35,948 nt of DNA, taken from contig NC_068987.1 of the NCBI RefSeq assembly GCF_001194135.2, forward strand, positions 35,195,245-35,231,192. The letters are read 5' to 3'. Below, one piece after another: positions 21,541 to 34,267 of this stretch (its first letter is position 1; each line of letters starts with the position of its first letter). Under the pieces are notes generated by a model that was not told the DNA's origin, ran no database searches, and saw only the letters and a program-made list of their open reading frames with translations. This stretch comes from Octopus bimaculoides (Eukaryota). A program made the position numbers and the translations under genes.

Positions 21541-24357
21541 ATATATANNNNNNNNNNNNNNNNNNNNNNNNNNNNNNNNNNNNNNNNNNNNNNNNNNNNN
21601 NNNNNNNNNNNNNNNNNNNNNNNNNNNNNNNNNNNNNNNNNNNNNNNNNNNNNNNNNNNNNNNNNNNNNNNNNNNNNNNNNNNNNNNNNNNNNNNNNNNN
21701 NNNNNNNNNNNNNNNNNNNNNNNNNNNNNNNNNNNNNNNNNNNNNNNNNNNNNNNNNNNNNNNNNNNNNNNNNNNNNNNNNNNNNNNNNNNNNNNNNNNN
21801 NNNNNNNNNNNNNNNNNNNNNNNNNNNNNNNNNNNNNNNNNNNNNNNNNNNNNNNNNNNNNNNNNNNNNNNNNNNNNNNNNNNNNNNNNNNNNNNNNNNN
21901 NNNNNNNNNNNNNNNNNNNNNNNNNNNNNNNNNNNNNNNNNNNNNNNNNNNNNNNNNNNNNNNNNNNNNNNNNNNNNNNNNNNNNNNNNNNNNNNNNNNN
22001 NNNNNNNNNNNNNNNNNNNNNNNNNNNNNNNNNNNNNNNNNNNNNNNNNNNNNNNNNNNNNNNNNNNNNNNNNNNNNNNNNNNNNNNNNNNNNNNNNNNN
22101 NNNNNNNNNNNNNNNNNNNNNNNTATATATATCAGAAAATAATTTCGCATCTCTTATGAGAAAATTGAGTTGGATAGTAAATAGCATTTTTAGCTTATTA
22201 TTTTGTATTTAAGAAACCTTTTGCATCGTTTCCTTTTTGTCTGAATCCTGTTGAATCTCAAATATTTCCATTATGAGAAATTAAATCCACTGCATCAAAC
22301 AAAGTATACGCTTTTAAATTCCATAAATCCACCTCCATATCCAGCAGTGAATTACACTACATTCATGTCCTATTTCGATTAAGATGGTGCATGATATTAT
22401 CCACGGAGTGCTTTGTAATGGTGACTTACAAAAATTCTTCACGACTAACCAGCTTCTCGCACAGTCTTGAATTATTGTACAACTTTACATCGCTCTATCT
22501 CCAATTATTTTATATAGAATAGATGATAATACGAAGCATGTGTTGCAAAAATATTTTATCACGAATATTAGAAGTATTATATTTCAACTATCGTCCAAGT
22601 TTAATCAATGATTATTATGTTAAATGATAAACATTTTCCTATCGTTCCAATTTTTTGTATAAGTATTGACGAAGCAATAATATGTATTAAATGATAAAGA
22701 CAACAAAAGAAATGTTAACAGAGTAACGTTTCCAATGGACCCACTCAGAGTATTTTAACAAACAATAGCAATGTATTAAAGTGCGCATATTTCAATTAAC
22801 TTGTTTTCGCATTACTAACAGTACAATTAGTAAATTCTCTTTAGATTGCTTCTAATGCTTTCTTAAGTTTTAAAAGAGGGATGCATTTATTTTTACCACA
22901 ATATGGAGAAAATTTGCAAATGAGAAGTGTTAACTGCCTCATATAAACAGGTTTTAAAAATGTCTCAATAGTGAATATTTTTCCGATCAATTCTTTATTT
23001 CCCAACACACCTTGTTTTTGTTTTCTCGTAAAATTTGGCTTGTGGAGCGAAATACGAATAAACGCTCTTGTTAGCTGGTAGTGTAAGAGTTCCGTTTGTC
23101 GGTAATAACATCAGAGAAATGGTTTCAGATAAGAGGATGAACATCAGAGACAATGTGCACTGCTCGATTAGAAATTGATAACTACTTGTTCCTTTGCAAA
23201 TAAAGCTGGAACTAATCGGTCGGATGATTAATGTAGGGTGAGGCAACTTGCAAGAGGATGCAATATTCAAAATGACGTCCACTAGCGCGGAGATAGTCCA
23301 ATAAATTTTTCATCAATATTGCGATTGTCAGTTGGGACATTGAAATAAATTGAAAAATGAATTACAATAAAAATATAAATATATAATTATATAAAATGAG
23401 ATGGAAAGAAGGAAATGATTTGAAACGAGATCGAACATCGTGGATCTCGTGACGGAAGACTGAAGAATTTAATGACTACTCCTTTTAATGGGTTCGATTT
23501 TTTTACAAACGAACATATAATTAAGGATTAATCAATCTAGCAAATATTTTATATAGTTTTCTAAAATATTTGATCATTTGATGGATGAGGAAATTTCGAC
23601 TTGACGGATGATGTGCAAATGCCTGATTACTATAAAATGATGTGGGTTAGGCTTCTTTTATAACAGAGAGGATTAATGGATGTGTCATATAGCACAGAAT
23701 GGTTTCTGTTTCGATACAACATAATTCAGCGTTCACATTCTTAATATTACATGGTGAGAACTAAAACAATCGCGTCAAATATCGCGATCGCACAGAAATC
23801 AGAAAATGATTAACACATTTACAAAGCAGATAACATTGTATTTTGTACCAAAATAAATTATTGCAAGAATTCTTCTGCGAATATTAACAATTCAAGGTGC
23901 GTGTGCGTGTGACCATGAATGTGATATTTCAGGATTTGTGTATGTGTGTATGTGTGTGTGTTTGTGTGTGTGCAACTGTGAATGACACTGCTTATTGCGT
24001 CAAATGGAGATAAAACATAATGCACACAATGAATTTAAAGGCAGTGTAACAAATTGTGTGTGTATACATATATACATCTCCCCCTCTCTCTCGCTATCTA
24101 TCAATATATCTAGCCATATATGTGTGTATGTATTTTTGTGTGTTTTTGTATGTATCTCGAGAAACAGGGAATAAGTGAAAAGAAGGAATTGCAAGGCCTG
24201 CCAACTCCAACCAAGACCACCACACGGCCTGCCATGTGATCGACTGCCCGGGACTGTTCCTTCCCGACTTGGTCTTCTGAGCCCTCTCAGTTTTAAGCAT
24301 CATGGAGTCACCGGATGTACATAACTCGATGGCTATGCGATATATGAGTTTGTTTAT

Positions 24358-24365
24358 GCACACAC

Positions 24366-24427
<62 letters not shown>

Positions 24428-24470
24428 GCAGACAACACACGCATACACACACATACATACATACATACAT
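24358..24470. repeat. (CA)n plus (TACA)n microsatellite
   Basis: Read directly. Confidence 0.95.
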
Positions 24471-24531
24471 TTACTCTTTGACTCTTTTACTCGTTTTAAC
24501 CATACGGCCGTGATCATGCTGGAGCACCACC
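24471..24531 (-). mobile_element. 3' tail fragment of the third SINE family
   Basis: Minus strand GGTGGTGCTCCAGCATGATC..GAGTAAAAGAGTCAAAGAGTAA matches the 3' end of 20133-20537. Confidence 0.8.
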
Positions 24532-24823
24532 ATATATTGAAAGTTATAGATAATCTCCACGTGGTGGATTATAATAAGAATATAAAGGGAAATTCATTAA
24601 AATGTTTATGTTAAAAAATATAATTTTGAAATAAAATGGGCATATAATCATCCGGTTTCGCCTTACTGATTTATTCAGGACTAAGTAATTTGTGATAATG
24701 ATGTGATATCATGCTACCATATTGATTGTTGTTATTCGATGTTGATAGTAGATCAGATGTTCAGTAAGTAAGCTAAGCTGGGGGTAGGTAATAAATGATT
24801 GATAGTAGTAGAAGGAGGGGATA

Positions 24824-25043
24824 AGGCAGCGAGCTGGTAGAGTTGCTAGGACACCAATCAAAATGCTTAGAGGCATTTCATCCGTCAGTACGTTCAAAGT
24901 TCAATATCTGTCGAGGTCCAATTTGCCATTCATTCTTTCGTGGTCGATAAAGTGATTTCCAGTTGAGTATTGGGATCGATGTAATTGACTAACATCCTTC
25001 GTCGAAATTGATTGGTTTGTGCCAAAATTTTAAACCACTATTA
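24824..25043 (+). mobile_element. OK-like tRNA SINE, diverged copy
   Basis: AGGCAGCGAGCTGGTAGAG..AAATGCTTAG..ACGTTC..TTTCGTGGTCGATAAA is colinear with 8354-8565. Confidence 0.8.
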
Positions 25044-25499
25044 GAAACAGGGTTGTTCATTCTTCATTTTCGTGAAGTTAAAGTGACTTATTTACATGCA
25101 GACTAGTTGTATATAAACCAAATAGTTTATAATTGAGTGTATAAAATTGGATTGTATAAAACTGTCGTCAAAATTGAATAAATGCTCCCATATAGGCGTG
25201 GTTGGAATTTTTCAATGATTGTAGTCTATTTACTCGCTGTTGTTCAGATTTTGTTCCACAGCACTGGTATAAAGGAACAGTTTAATGTTTGGCTGACATT
25301 TCTTAGCACATCCAGCTATGTGTTAAATGGGGTGCTGTTTGTCTTTCTCTTGAGAAGCAAACTTGTTCCCTATGTAGTGCTGACCTGTCTTAATGACCTT
25401 CTAATCTGCACTATTTATAGTTCTTCCTCCATACTGCACAAGTTACACGCTAATTATATTCTCGGATGCTCAAACCTATGTCATTCTTTATTTTGAAGA

Positions 25500-26560
25500 A
25501 TTGTCAATGTGGAAAATAGAATTCGAAGCTAAGTAATTTTAATGTAGACCAAACTGTGGAACGTATCCTAAATTATTGGATCGCTCGAATAAATAACGAA
25601 ACTACATTCACTTAAGGATATCAACCACGCCTAAATATAAACACAGCATCATCTTTTTTTATTGTAACTTTGTTCAAATAATAATTCAATACTAATAATA
25701 CAATTTATATATAACCAGCTCGGAGACATTTAAACATTGTGAGATTTGTCACTAACTGATTTTGTCGAAACTTGCAGAATATTGTTTATGGAGTGGTGTT
25801 CAATTCTATTATTTCTTAATTGATTTTTTTAATTTGTTTATTTTTGCTTGCCATTATTTTAAGCATTTTGTTGTTTTCCTATTATTTAAATAGTTTTCAA
25901 TTTCGTAATCTAAATCCTTGTCATCACTATTGTTACTTTCTAATTTGTACTATAACCTTTTACTATATAGAGTAATTTGTGTTGAATTTTTTGTTCTTTA
26001 ATTACATTAATTTTCGCTTGGTTAATTTGCTTTATTTTCGTTCACCCACTGTTATTTTGAAATACTACTTTGTATGAAGTTCCATTCTGTTTTTTTTTAT
26101 TTTTTTTATTTTTATTTTTTTAGTTTTGTGATTTCTAAACGTTCTTAGATGTTTTCAGGTTTAATTACAATGAAAATAGTTGAATCTGTAGTTTATACAC
26201 TGATTGCTAGTGTATTTATATTTCCTACGTTAGTTCTAGTATCCAGTACATTTTTTAGCGTTAATCTGAATCTTTTGGTGGAATGTTCTGTAATGATCTA
26301 AATTGTCTGGGTTGTGCCGTCTCGGTTTTATTTACTGATAAGTATTTGTAGGAAGAGTTAGTTTCGCACAATGTTTCCAGCTTTAATAGTGTACCTAGTT
26401 TTATAATACTGATGACAGCTTCGTATTCATTAGCATATCAATTTTGACTTTACGAACAACGCCTTTCATATTTTTGAGTTGGGTTTTCTAAGTGGTCTTC
26501 AATCATCAATATACAGGAAATATTTATATTTATGTGGCCTTTATATATTTTTTTAATAAG
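25500..26560 (-). mobile_element. Penelope-like element relic (GIY-YIG endonuclease C-terminal region and 3' end)
   Basis: Minus-strand translation with frameshifts gives VYK.T (~26200), ERF/RNHKT (~26125-26150) and DYEI (~25900), in the order expected for Penelope GIY-YIG domains. Heavily decayed; boundaries approximate. Confidence 0.5.
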
Positions 26561-27483
26561 ACCGGTTTAATCCCGTTTTCTACTTAATTTAAGGGCTGAC
26601 TGATATTTTGACACTCTCTTGTTGATATAGCATAATAATACAGGAAATGTTTGTACGAGGTATCAAATCGACAAGAATGGGAGAATTTCTTAAACGCTTT
26701 TCAATGCTGCAATAAGTGATGCAACCTTTTGTATCGCGCCTGCTATGCACGATATTTGCTACTATAACGGGAATATTATATTCTGGTACCATTTCTTTCC
26801 TCTATGGATATAATTCTGTTGAAATTTAAATATATATAAGTTGTAATCCAACAGCTTCCGTCCTAGAATTTAGAGTCTTCACATTCTGGATCACATGTTG
26901 TTACTACTTGATTTCAATGACGATGATGCCAAAGGTTCGTGATAACTGCTTACAATAATGGAAATTTATGACACCTGAATATTCCCAACTATATTCGTGT
27001 TGAATTCTATGTACAAAGAGACATATGAAAGGACATGCATGTTTATTTATTATTATTTATTTATTTATTATATTTATTATTTATTTATTGATTATTTTTT
27101 ATTTATTTATTATAGATTTTTAATCCCACCGCACACATGTGCCAAACTATAGTTTGAATGCAATGAATGTGTTCCCAATTCTCCCTCGATATACTTAAAA
27201 ATATACTTATACCGCTCATCACGTTATGGGGCATCTAGAATTTATAACGCATATTTATTTCCTGTAAAAAAATTAGATATTGTATTCGAATAATTTCTAC
27301 TCCTTGCAGAAATGTTTATTTTTATTGGAAAATCACATTGTATCGAGGCACCAATAAGGCGTGGTTCATGACGTGCTGTGTTTCTATCGTTCTTTGGATG
27401 ATTTCTTTTGATCCCTGTTCCGTATCTTCCATTTCCGAAAATAAAGCAATTTGTACAAGTTGTGATTTCATTTTTGATATGAA

Positions 27484-27485
<2 letters not shown>

Positions 27486-27525
<40 letters not shown>

Positions 27526-27578
27526 GTGTGTGTTTGTCTGTGCGCGCGTGTGCGCATACATGTATATATATATATATA
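27486..27578. repeat. (GT)n/(TA)n microsatellite abutting a gap
   Basis: Read directly. Confidence 0.9.
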
Positions 27579-28221
27579 NNNNNNNNNNNNNNNNNNNNNN
27601 NNNNNNNNNNNNNNNNNNNNNNNNNNNNNNNNNNNNNNNNNNNNNNNNNNNNNNNNNNNNNNNNNNNNNNNNNNNNNNNNNNNNNNNNNNNNNNNNNNNN
27701 NNNNNNNNNNNNNNNNNNNNNNNNNNNNNNNNNNNNNNNNNNNNNNNNNNNNNNNNNNNNNNNNNNNNGACTCTATCCCGCAGTAAATGGGTGTACAAAG
27801 AAAAGATCTACACTCTGAATGTGCGACTGCTAATGTTTACAGTTGTAGAGCTGCTTTTTTTTTCGTAATATAATTTTTGATTACATTTTCCATGCCGCAG
27901 CACATCAGTAAATACAGTTCACTCAACTTCCATATTCGTCCCAGGCTATCGATTCACTTCTTTCCTAGGTGATCCGAATATATGGTTTTAATCAGCTACA
28001 ATAATGGCAAATATATCGACATGTACAATTCTCGCCCATTTCCGGTGAGTTGTTTCAACTGATCTCCGATATTTGTTGTCGTTTAACGACGTGCATTACA
28101 AATGGGTATATAAACAAAACTCATAGACCATGTATATGCGACCACCTATATTGTTTACACAAAAACACTCACACATACAGACACACACGCCCGAGCACAC
28201 ACAGACACAGACACACACACG

Positions 28222-28273
<52 letters not shown>

Positions 28274-28603
28274 TTCTCACTCACTCATGCACACACATGC
28301 ACGCAATCACTTTTCTGTTCTGATGTAACTGTTATTTCTGGCAAGTGTCTTACCTTATTACTTGTACGCTCATATTCCAATGTCTAATAAGTCAATTTCA
28401 TTATTCAAGCTTGTGATAATCGAGAAATTTATGGCTTTAATTCATTAGGGGACCCGCTAAAACATCTTTGGTATTTTAGCAGGTGCTTTTTTGGTGTATA
28501 GTTGTCTTCCATTTCGTTCTTGCTTGAAATTCTCTGGTATCTGAAGAACGCTGATTCTACGGTGCCATTTATTGTAAAGTGTGAAGATGATATAATTTCT
28601 TGT

Positions 28604-28790
28604 AAGTCGGTTATCTGGCAGAATTGTTCGCACCCTGGTCAAAATACTTTACAGCGTATTTTTTTTGTCCTGCGTTGTGAGTTCAAATTCCGCCGAGGTT
28701 CTCGTTTTCATTCATCTTTTCGGGGTCAACTTACCCACTCACACGAACTTACTGGCCTTGTGCCACAAGATGGAAAGTATATAATCATTT
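28604..28790 (+). mobile_element. OK-like tRNA SINE with internal deletion
   Basis: CTGGCAGAAT..GAGTTCAAATTCCGCCGAGGT..TTTCGGGGTC, then a jump to GGCCTTGTGCC. The segment equivalent to ~8476-8520 is missing. Confidence 0.8.
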
Positions 28791-29189
28791 CTTAATGCAT
28801 GAAACACGTGCTGTTGTTAGTTAACGGTCTTCTTAATCATATATCGTTTTAGCTAATTATTTTGTGACATTGTTTTGATCTACTTTCTTGCCACATTCTT
28901 GTATCGTAATTTCTTGACAAACGCCACAGCATTTTAAATGCTTACGTATTCTATATATCCTCGTTTCCGTTATACATTTTCCCTTTCATTTGTTGTGCTT
29001 TCTATATTTTCTACACCTTGGTTTCTGTTTCGATAACCTATCCTTCAGCTTATACTCATTATTTTGAAAATAAACAGAGTTTTGATCAATTGCCTGTATT
29101 TTTGCTATGACACATTATATTACTACTTTTTAATATGGTTAGTTTTTGCCATAAATCTCCGTGTATTTGCTACTGTATAATTTTTTCAT

Positions 29190-29893
29190 TCACTCCCTTG
29201 GCCGGAGCTCACAGAGATTTTTTTTTTTACACAATAGATAACTACACACCCTCTCTAACTCCTTCAACTCTATAACATATTTCTCTGATCGTAGGTGTTT
29301 ATGCATATATTGATACATACATACATATATATATATATACATACTAGGAAGAATTAGGATTTTCCTTTCAGTTTGATGTTTTATTTTGAGTACCTCCACC
29401 CGTACGTGTGTGTGTGTTTTCACAATGCTTTCTTTTGTGTGTATGTGTATCTATGTGTGTGTGTGTTTGTGCGTACACACACCCACCTCAGCACACACGC
29501 ATGCAAAAGCAAGCATCGCGAAAACACACACAGCTGAAGACACCCAAATGAAAACATTACACACAGACATGCACGGAGGTGGAGACACTCAAAAGAAAAC
29601 ATGTAACCCAGAGGACAATTTCAATAATTTCTTTAAGAAGGCATTCATCACAACATATACACCCATTAAAGCACAGCTGGTCACATTCCAAAGATACGAA
29701 AAGGACATTCAACAGAATACGCACACACATGCGTGCGCGCGTACGCAAACACACACTCATACATAGATGGGTATAAAACCCATTCAATAAATGCTATAAG
29801 TCACTCCCTTCTCAGGAGCCCACAGAGATTTTTGTTTTATTTTTCTTTAGACTATAAACAACTACACACCCTCTCTAACACCCTGCACTCTAT
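29190..29893. repeat. Composite of ~90-bp direct repeats enclosing nested inverted repeats
   Basis: Direct repeats at 29190-29273 and 29801-29893 (TCACTCCCTT..GGAGC.CACAGAGATTTTT..AACTACACACCCTCTCTAAC). Inverted repeat at 29376-29422 vs 29549-29602. Confidence 0.75.
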
Positions 29894-32449
29894 ACTAAAA
29901 CTATATTTAAAGAAGACGTCAGCGAAAAATCTCTAGATATGTTTTGACCCCAGATAGAAAATATACTGTTTTTAATTTAAATTATTATAATTTTTTANNN
30001 NNNNNNNGAAATGAGATCCATCATCGAAACCTGCAATATTCAAAATTTTCTTTATATAATTTTAAATCACTTTATTAAATTCCTTCTGAACAGAAATGTC
30101 TTATATTGTCTCCTGTGCTATATCCTTCTCCATTTGTTATATATACAATTTAGATTTGTATATATCTCTAATATCTTTTCAACTACATATATATATATAT
30201 AAACAATATATGAGTATATGCATATATATGTACATGTATGTATATACGTTCATCCACATGTACNNNNNNNNNNNNNNNNNNNNNNNNNNNNNNNNNNNNN
30301 NNNNNNNNNNNNNNNNNNNNNNNNNNNNNNNNNNNNNNNNNNNNNNNNNNNNNNNNNNNNNNNNNNNNNNNNNNNNNNNNNNNNNNNNNNNNNNNNNNNN
30401 NNNNNNNNNNNNNNNNNNNNNNNNNNNNNNNNNNNNNNNNNNNNNNNNNNNNNNNNNNNNNNNNNNNNNNNNNNNNNNNNNNNNNNNNNNNNNNNNNNNN
30501 NNNNNNNNNNNNNNNNNNNNNNNNNNNNNNNNNNNNNNNNNNNNNNNNNNNNNNNNNNNNNNNNNNNNNNNNNNNNNNNNNNNNNNNNNNNNNNNNNNNN
30601 NNNNNNNNNNNNNNNNNNNNNNNNATATATATATATATATATATAAACTAATAAGAGACTGCTAATACTGGTCGAATTCTCCTCTGTAGTTAAAGATGGA
30701 CTACTCTCATAGATATGCCCTGTTATAGATCGATGTCTTGTAATAGTTAACTGTTGGAATTCAGGCAATGCCAACTCAAAACCTACCGTAAGTCAAATTT
30801 GTAAATCAGAGGTTCAGTCACCAAGATGAATTGTTATGTTGCAACCGAATAATCTAGAAAATACCTACGGGTGTTTGGCTTTCTATTACTGGTCAGATAC
30901 TCGCTTAAAATTGATGACCTACTTTTCAATTACGAACATCTTGATCAAAGTTTCTTTTGGCTAAAATCTCATTATGACTCGGTGCAGAATAGGGTGGGTC
31001 AATGTGCTCTACCTTGTCAGTTAATCGACCAAGATCGATCGGTTAATACGATTGAACTATGGAAATAATTCCCTCCAATACTTATCTGAGAAGTTTGTAA
31101 GCCTTCAATAAATGCAGAAGATCCATTATCTTTTGAGTATTTTTTATACATACATGCATACATATATACATTCATACATAAATGCATGCATATACACAAA
31201 TATACGTATATGTGTGTACGTATGCCTAAATGTATGTATATATATATATACACACATATATCGATATATGTTTATGTACATACACACACATATATGTATG
31301 TAAACACACACAAACACACACACACATACACATACATATAATTTCACACGTGTTCATTCTTGTGTTCGTATGAAATTATCTTCAGTGTATTTATGTCCAA
31401 TAATCTATAGAAACATGTCTATGTATAAATGTCTATTCGTATAGATGTATACACACACATATTTATGTCCCTCTCTTTCTCTAATGGCTGACTCTCAATC
31501 TCTTTCTGTCTCTCCCTGCCTCTTTCCGGTTCACCCTCTCTCAACACACACACACATACACACATAAATATATATATGTACATTTTTACGCACACGCACG
31601 CACACATATACATATATTTAACACCTCATAACGTTCACTTCTAAGCTTCTCTACGGTTACAGGGCTACCACATGCCATCATGCCCCAAGCATAATCTTTT
31701 TTCTCGGTATACAACTTAAAATTCGTTAGTGTAAGTAGAGTGCATATAAAAATATTATTATGCAAGAAGATGGAATGAACAGGTTTTAATCACAAATCAC
31801 AACAATTTTTTCTGTTACTAACAGCTGTTAGTTGCTGAATTTTCTATATTTTATTATTACATAAATATTATATAAATATGAGCCACTTGAGCTGTGTGTA
31901 CTTACGTCATCACGTGAGAGGCTTTATGAATAACGGTAGATCCCATCCAATTTCCGATTGTTTTATACCCATTTTGTCTTGAGCAATCTCTCGATAAAGC
32001 GTAGTACATCGATTAAAATATACGTTAGTCATAAAATTCCAAATAAAGTAATGGAAATAAGTCAAAATATAAATTATAAGATAAAGAGACCAACATCAGT
32101 CAATGGGAATGAAAATCAAAAGTATTGAATTTAAATTAAGAAAACATGAATTTCAGTCTTTTCTAATCATGTCTCGCCTTTATGAAGAGAGATTAATATT
32201 AGAAGTCTTCGTTACCTGTTTTGTGGGTAATTGTTTTTCTTCAAAGAATGCGTGGTCACCTTAGTACCCTAACAGGATATCAATTTGTTTGCTATCCGCT
32301 CGTAAACTTAATTTCAGACGTCCTTGTTTCTCATCACAGTCGCTTAATCAGTCATAAATAGATGGTATTGAGCAGACGGAGATATATTCGGCTGCAGTGT
32401 TATATACACATATATGTTTATTCACTTGCAGTATACACAGAAATAATTA

Positions 32450-32655
32450 TAACTAAACACACATACACACATCCATACACATGTATACACTCATACACAC
32501 ATACAAACGCACAATCACACACACAAACACACACAGACACACGGAGTCACACACACACTCGCGCGCACACGCACACACACACACACACTCGCGCGCACAC
32601 GCACACACACACACAAGCATATATATATATGTATAAATATATATATATATATATA
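32450..32655. repeat. Degenerate (CA)n/(TA)n array with a 30-bp higher-order duplication
   Basis: CTCGCGCGCACACGCACACACAC occurs at 32558 and 32588. Confidence 0.9.
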
Positions 32656-32746
32656 CAATGTTAAATTCCTGAACGAGGTATTAACAGTAACTGCACGATA
32701 AAGTGAAGTATATTTGCCACTTAAATGTGGCTGACCCCGAGGGGTG

Positions 32747-32803
32747 GATGTTACTGTTGCTTTTAGCCCCAGAAGGACATCTCCTCCAGCTGGCTATCGA
32801 CAC
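32747..32803. repeat. Second copy of the repeat end seen at 9370-9412, truncated by a gap
   Basis: GATGTTACTGTTGCTTTTAGCCCCAGAAGGACATCTCCTCCAGCTG vs GATGCTACTGTTGTTTATAGTCCGAGAAGGACACCTCCAGTTG. Confidence 0.75.
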
Positions 32804-33817
32804 NNNNNNNNNNNNNNNNNNNNNNNNNNNNNNNNNNNNNNNNNNNNNNNNNNNNNNNNNNNNNNNNNNNNNNNNNNNNNNNNNNNNNNNNNNNNNNNNN
32901 NNNNNNNNNNNNNNNNNNNNNNNNNNNNNNNNNNNNNNNNNNNNNNNNNNNNNNNNNNNNNNNNNNNNNNNNNNNNNNNNNNNNNNNNNNNNNNNNNNNN
33001 NNNNNNNNNNNNNNNNNNNNNNNNNNNNNNNNNNNNNNNNNNNNNNNNNNNNNNNNNNNNNNNNNNNNNNNNNNNNNNNNNNNNNNNNNNNNNNNNNNNN
33101 NNNNNNNNNNNNNNNNNNNNNNNNNNNNNNNNNNNNNNNNNNNNNNNNNNNNNNNNNNNNNNNNNNNNNNNNNNNNNNNNNNNNNNNNNNNNNNNNNNNN
33201 NNNNNNNNNNNNNNNNNNNNNNNNNNNNNNNNNNNNNNNNNNNNNNNNNNNNNNNNNNNNNNNNNNNNNNNNNNNNNNNNNNNNNNNNNNNNNNNNNNNN
33301 NNNNNNNNNNNNNNNNNNNNNNNNNNNNNNNNNNNNNNNNNNNNNNNNNNNNNNNNNNNNNNNNNNNNNNNNNNNNNNNNNNNNNNNNNNNNNNNNNNNN
33401 NNNNNNNNNNNNNNNNNNNNNNNNNNNNNNNNNNNNNNNNNNNNNNNNNNNNNNNNNNNNNNNNNNNNNNNNNNNNNNNNNNNNNNNNNNNNNNNNNNNN
33501 NNNNNNNNNNNNNNNNNNNNNNNNNNNNNNNNNNNNNNNNNNNNNNNNNNNNNNNNNNNNNNNNNNNNNNNNNNNNNNNNNNNNNNNNNNNNNNNNNNNN
33601 NNNNNNNNNNNNNNNNNNNNNNNNNNNNNNNNNNNNNNNNNNNNNNNNNNNNNNNNNNNNNNNNNNNNNNNNNNNNNNNNNNNNNNNNNNNNNNNNNNNN
33701 NNNNNNNNNNNNNNNNNNNNNNNNNNNNNNNNNNNNNNNNNNNNNNNNNNNNNNNNNNNNNNNNNNNNNNNNNNNNNNNNNNNNNNNNNNNNNNTTTCAC
33801 GAAAGGAAAAAAATATA

Positions 33818-34185
33818 GGAGAATTTACTTTCGGGGTTTGAAAATGCAACTGAATTTGAAATACGTATAATTTTTTTTTTTAAATAGATTTATTCGCATA
33901 TATAGCAAAGTAGCTTCAACGCCGAATATTTGCATTTGATTGTACCTATCCCTGTGAAACTTATTCAATTTTATGTGAACAATTGATCGTTCAAAGCTGC
34001 TTATTCGATTTCTGCTCCGCAAATTTTAAAGTCTGTTAATATCCCCATGATTTATATACATCTGTACTATTGATAAACAAAAAATGTTGAAACGGGTTTG
34101 GTATGAATGTGAATAACTCTATTTAAAAACAACTATGATTTTCAAATTCAGGTGCATTTTCAAACCCAACCCAAACAAATTCTGC
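33818..34185. mobile_element. MITE-like element with ~100-bp inverted arms and TA flanks
   Basis: 33818-33920 vs 34086-34185: GGGTTTGAAAATGCAACTGAATTTGAAA is mirrored by TTTCAAATTCAGGTGCATTTTCAAACCC. Ends read TA|GGAGAATTT...AAATTCTGC|TA. Confidence 0.8.
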
Positions 34186-34189
34186 TACA

Positions 34190-34201
34190 TCTGTCTATCT
34201 G

Positions 34202-34266
<65 letters not shown>
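34190..34266. repeat. (TCTA)n microsatellite
   Basis: Read directly. Confidence 0.95.

Positions 34267-34267
<1 letters not shown>

Noticed and set aside
22995-23300. 95-aa minus-strand ORF and a slightly CpG-rich patch
   Set aside because: No family features; length within chance expectation.
23425-23450. Perfect 8-bp hairpin, ACGAGATC/GATCTCGT
   Set aside because: Too short to distinguish from chance.
26409-26460. CTGATGA hammerhead-like core; similar isolated cores at 9608, near 11510, 13440 (minus), 29534 and 31380 (minus)
   Set aside because: No stem II plus GAAA plus stem III arrangement follows.
2923-28790. Six of seven SINE copies lie on the plus strand
   Set aside because: Too few copies; compatible with chance.
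32727-32803. HDV-like or twister-like fold (GGCUGA/UUAGCC pairing; GUUACUG..AGCCC resemblance)
   Set aside because: The required pseudoknot pairings and conserved residues could not be assembled, and the sequence is cut by the gap.
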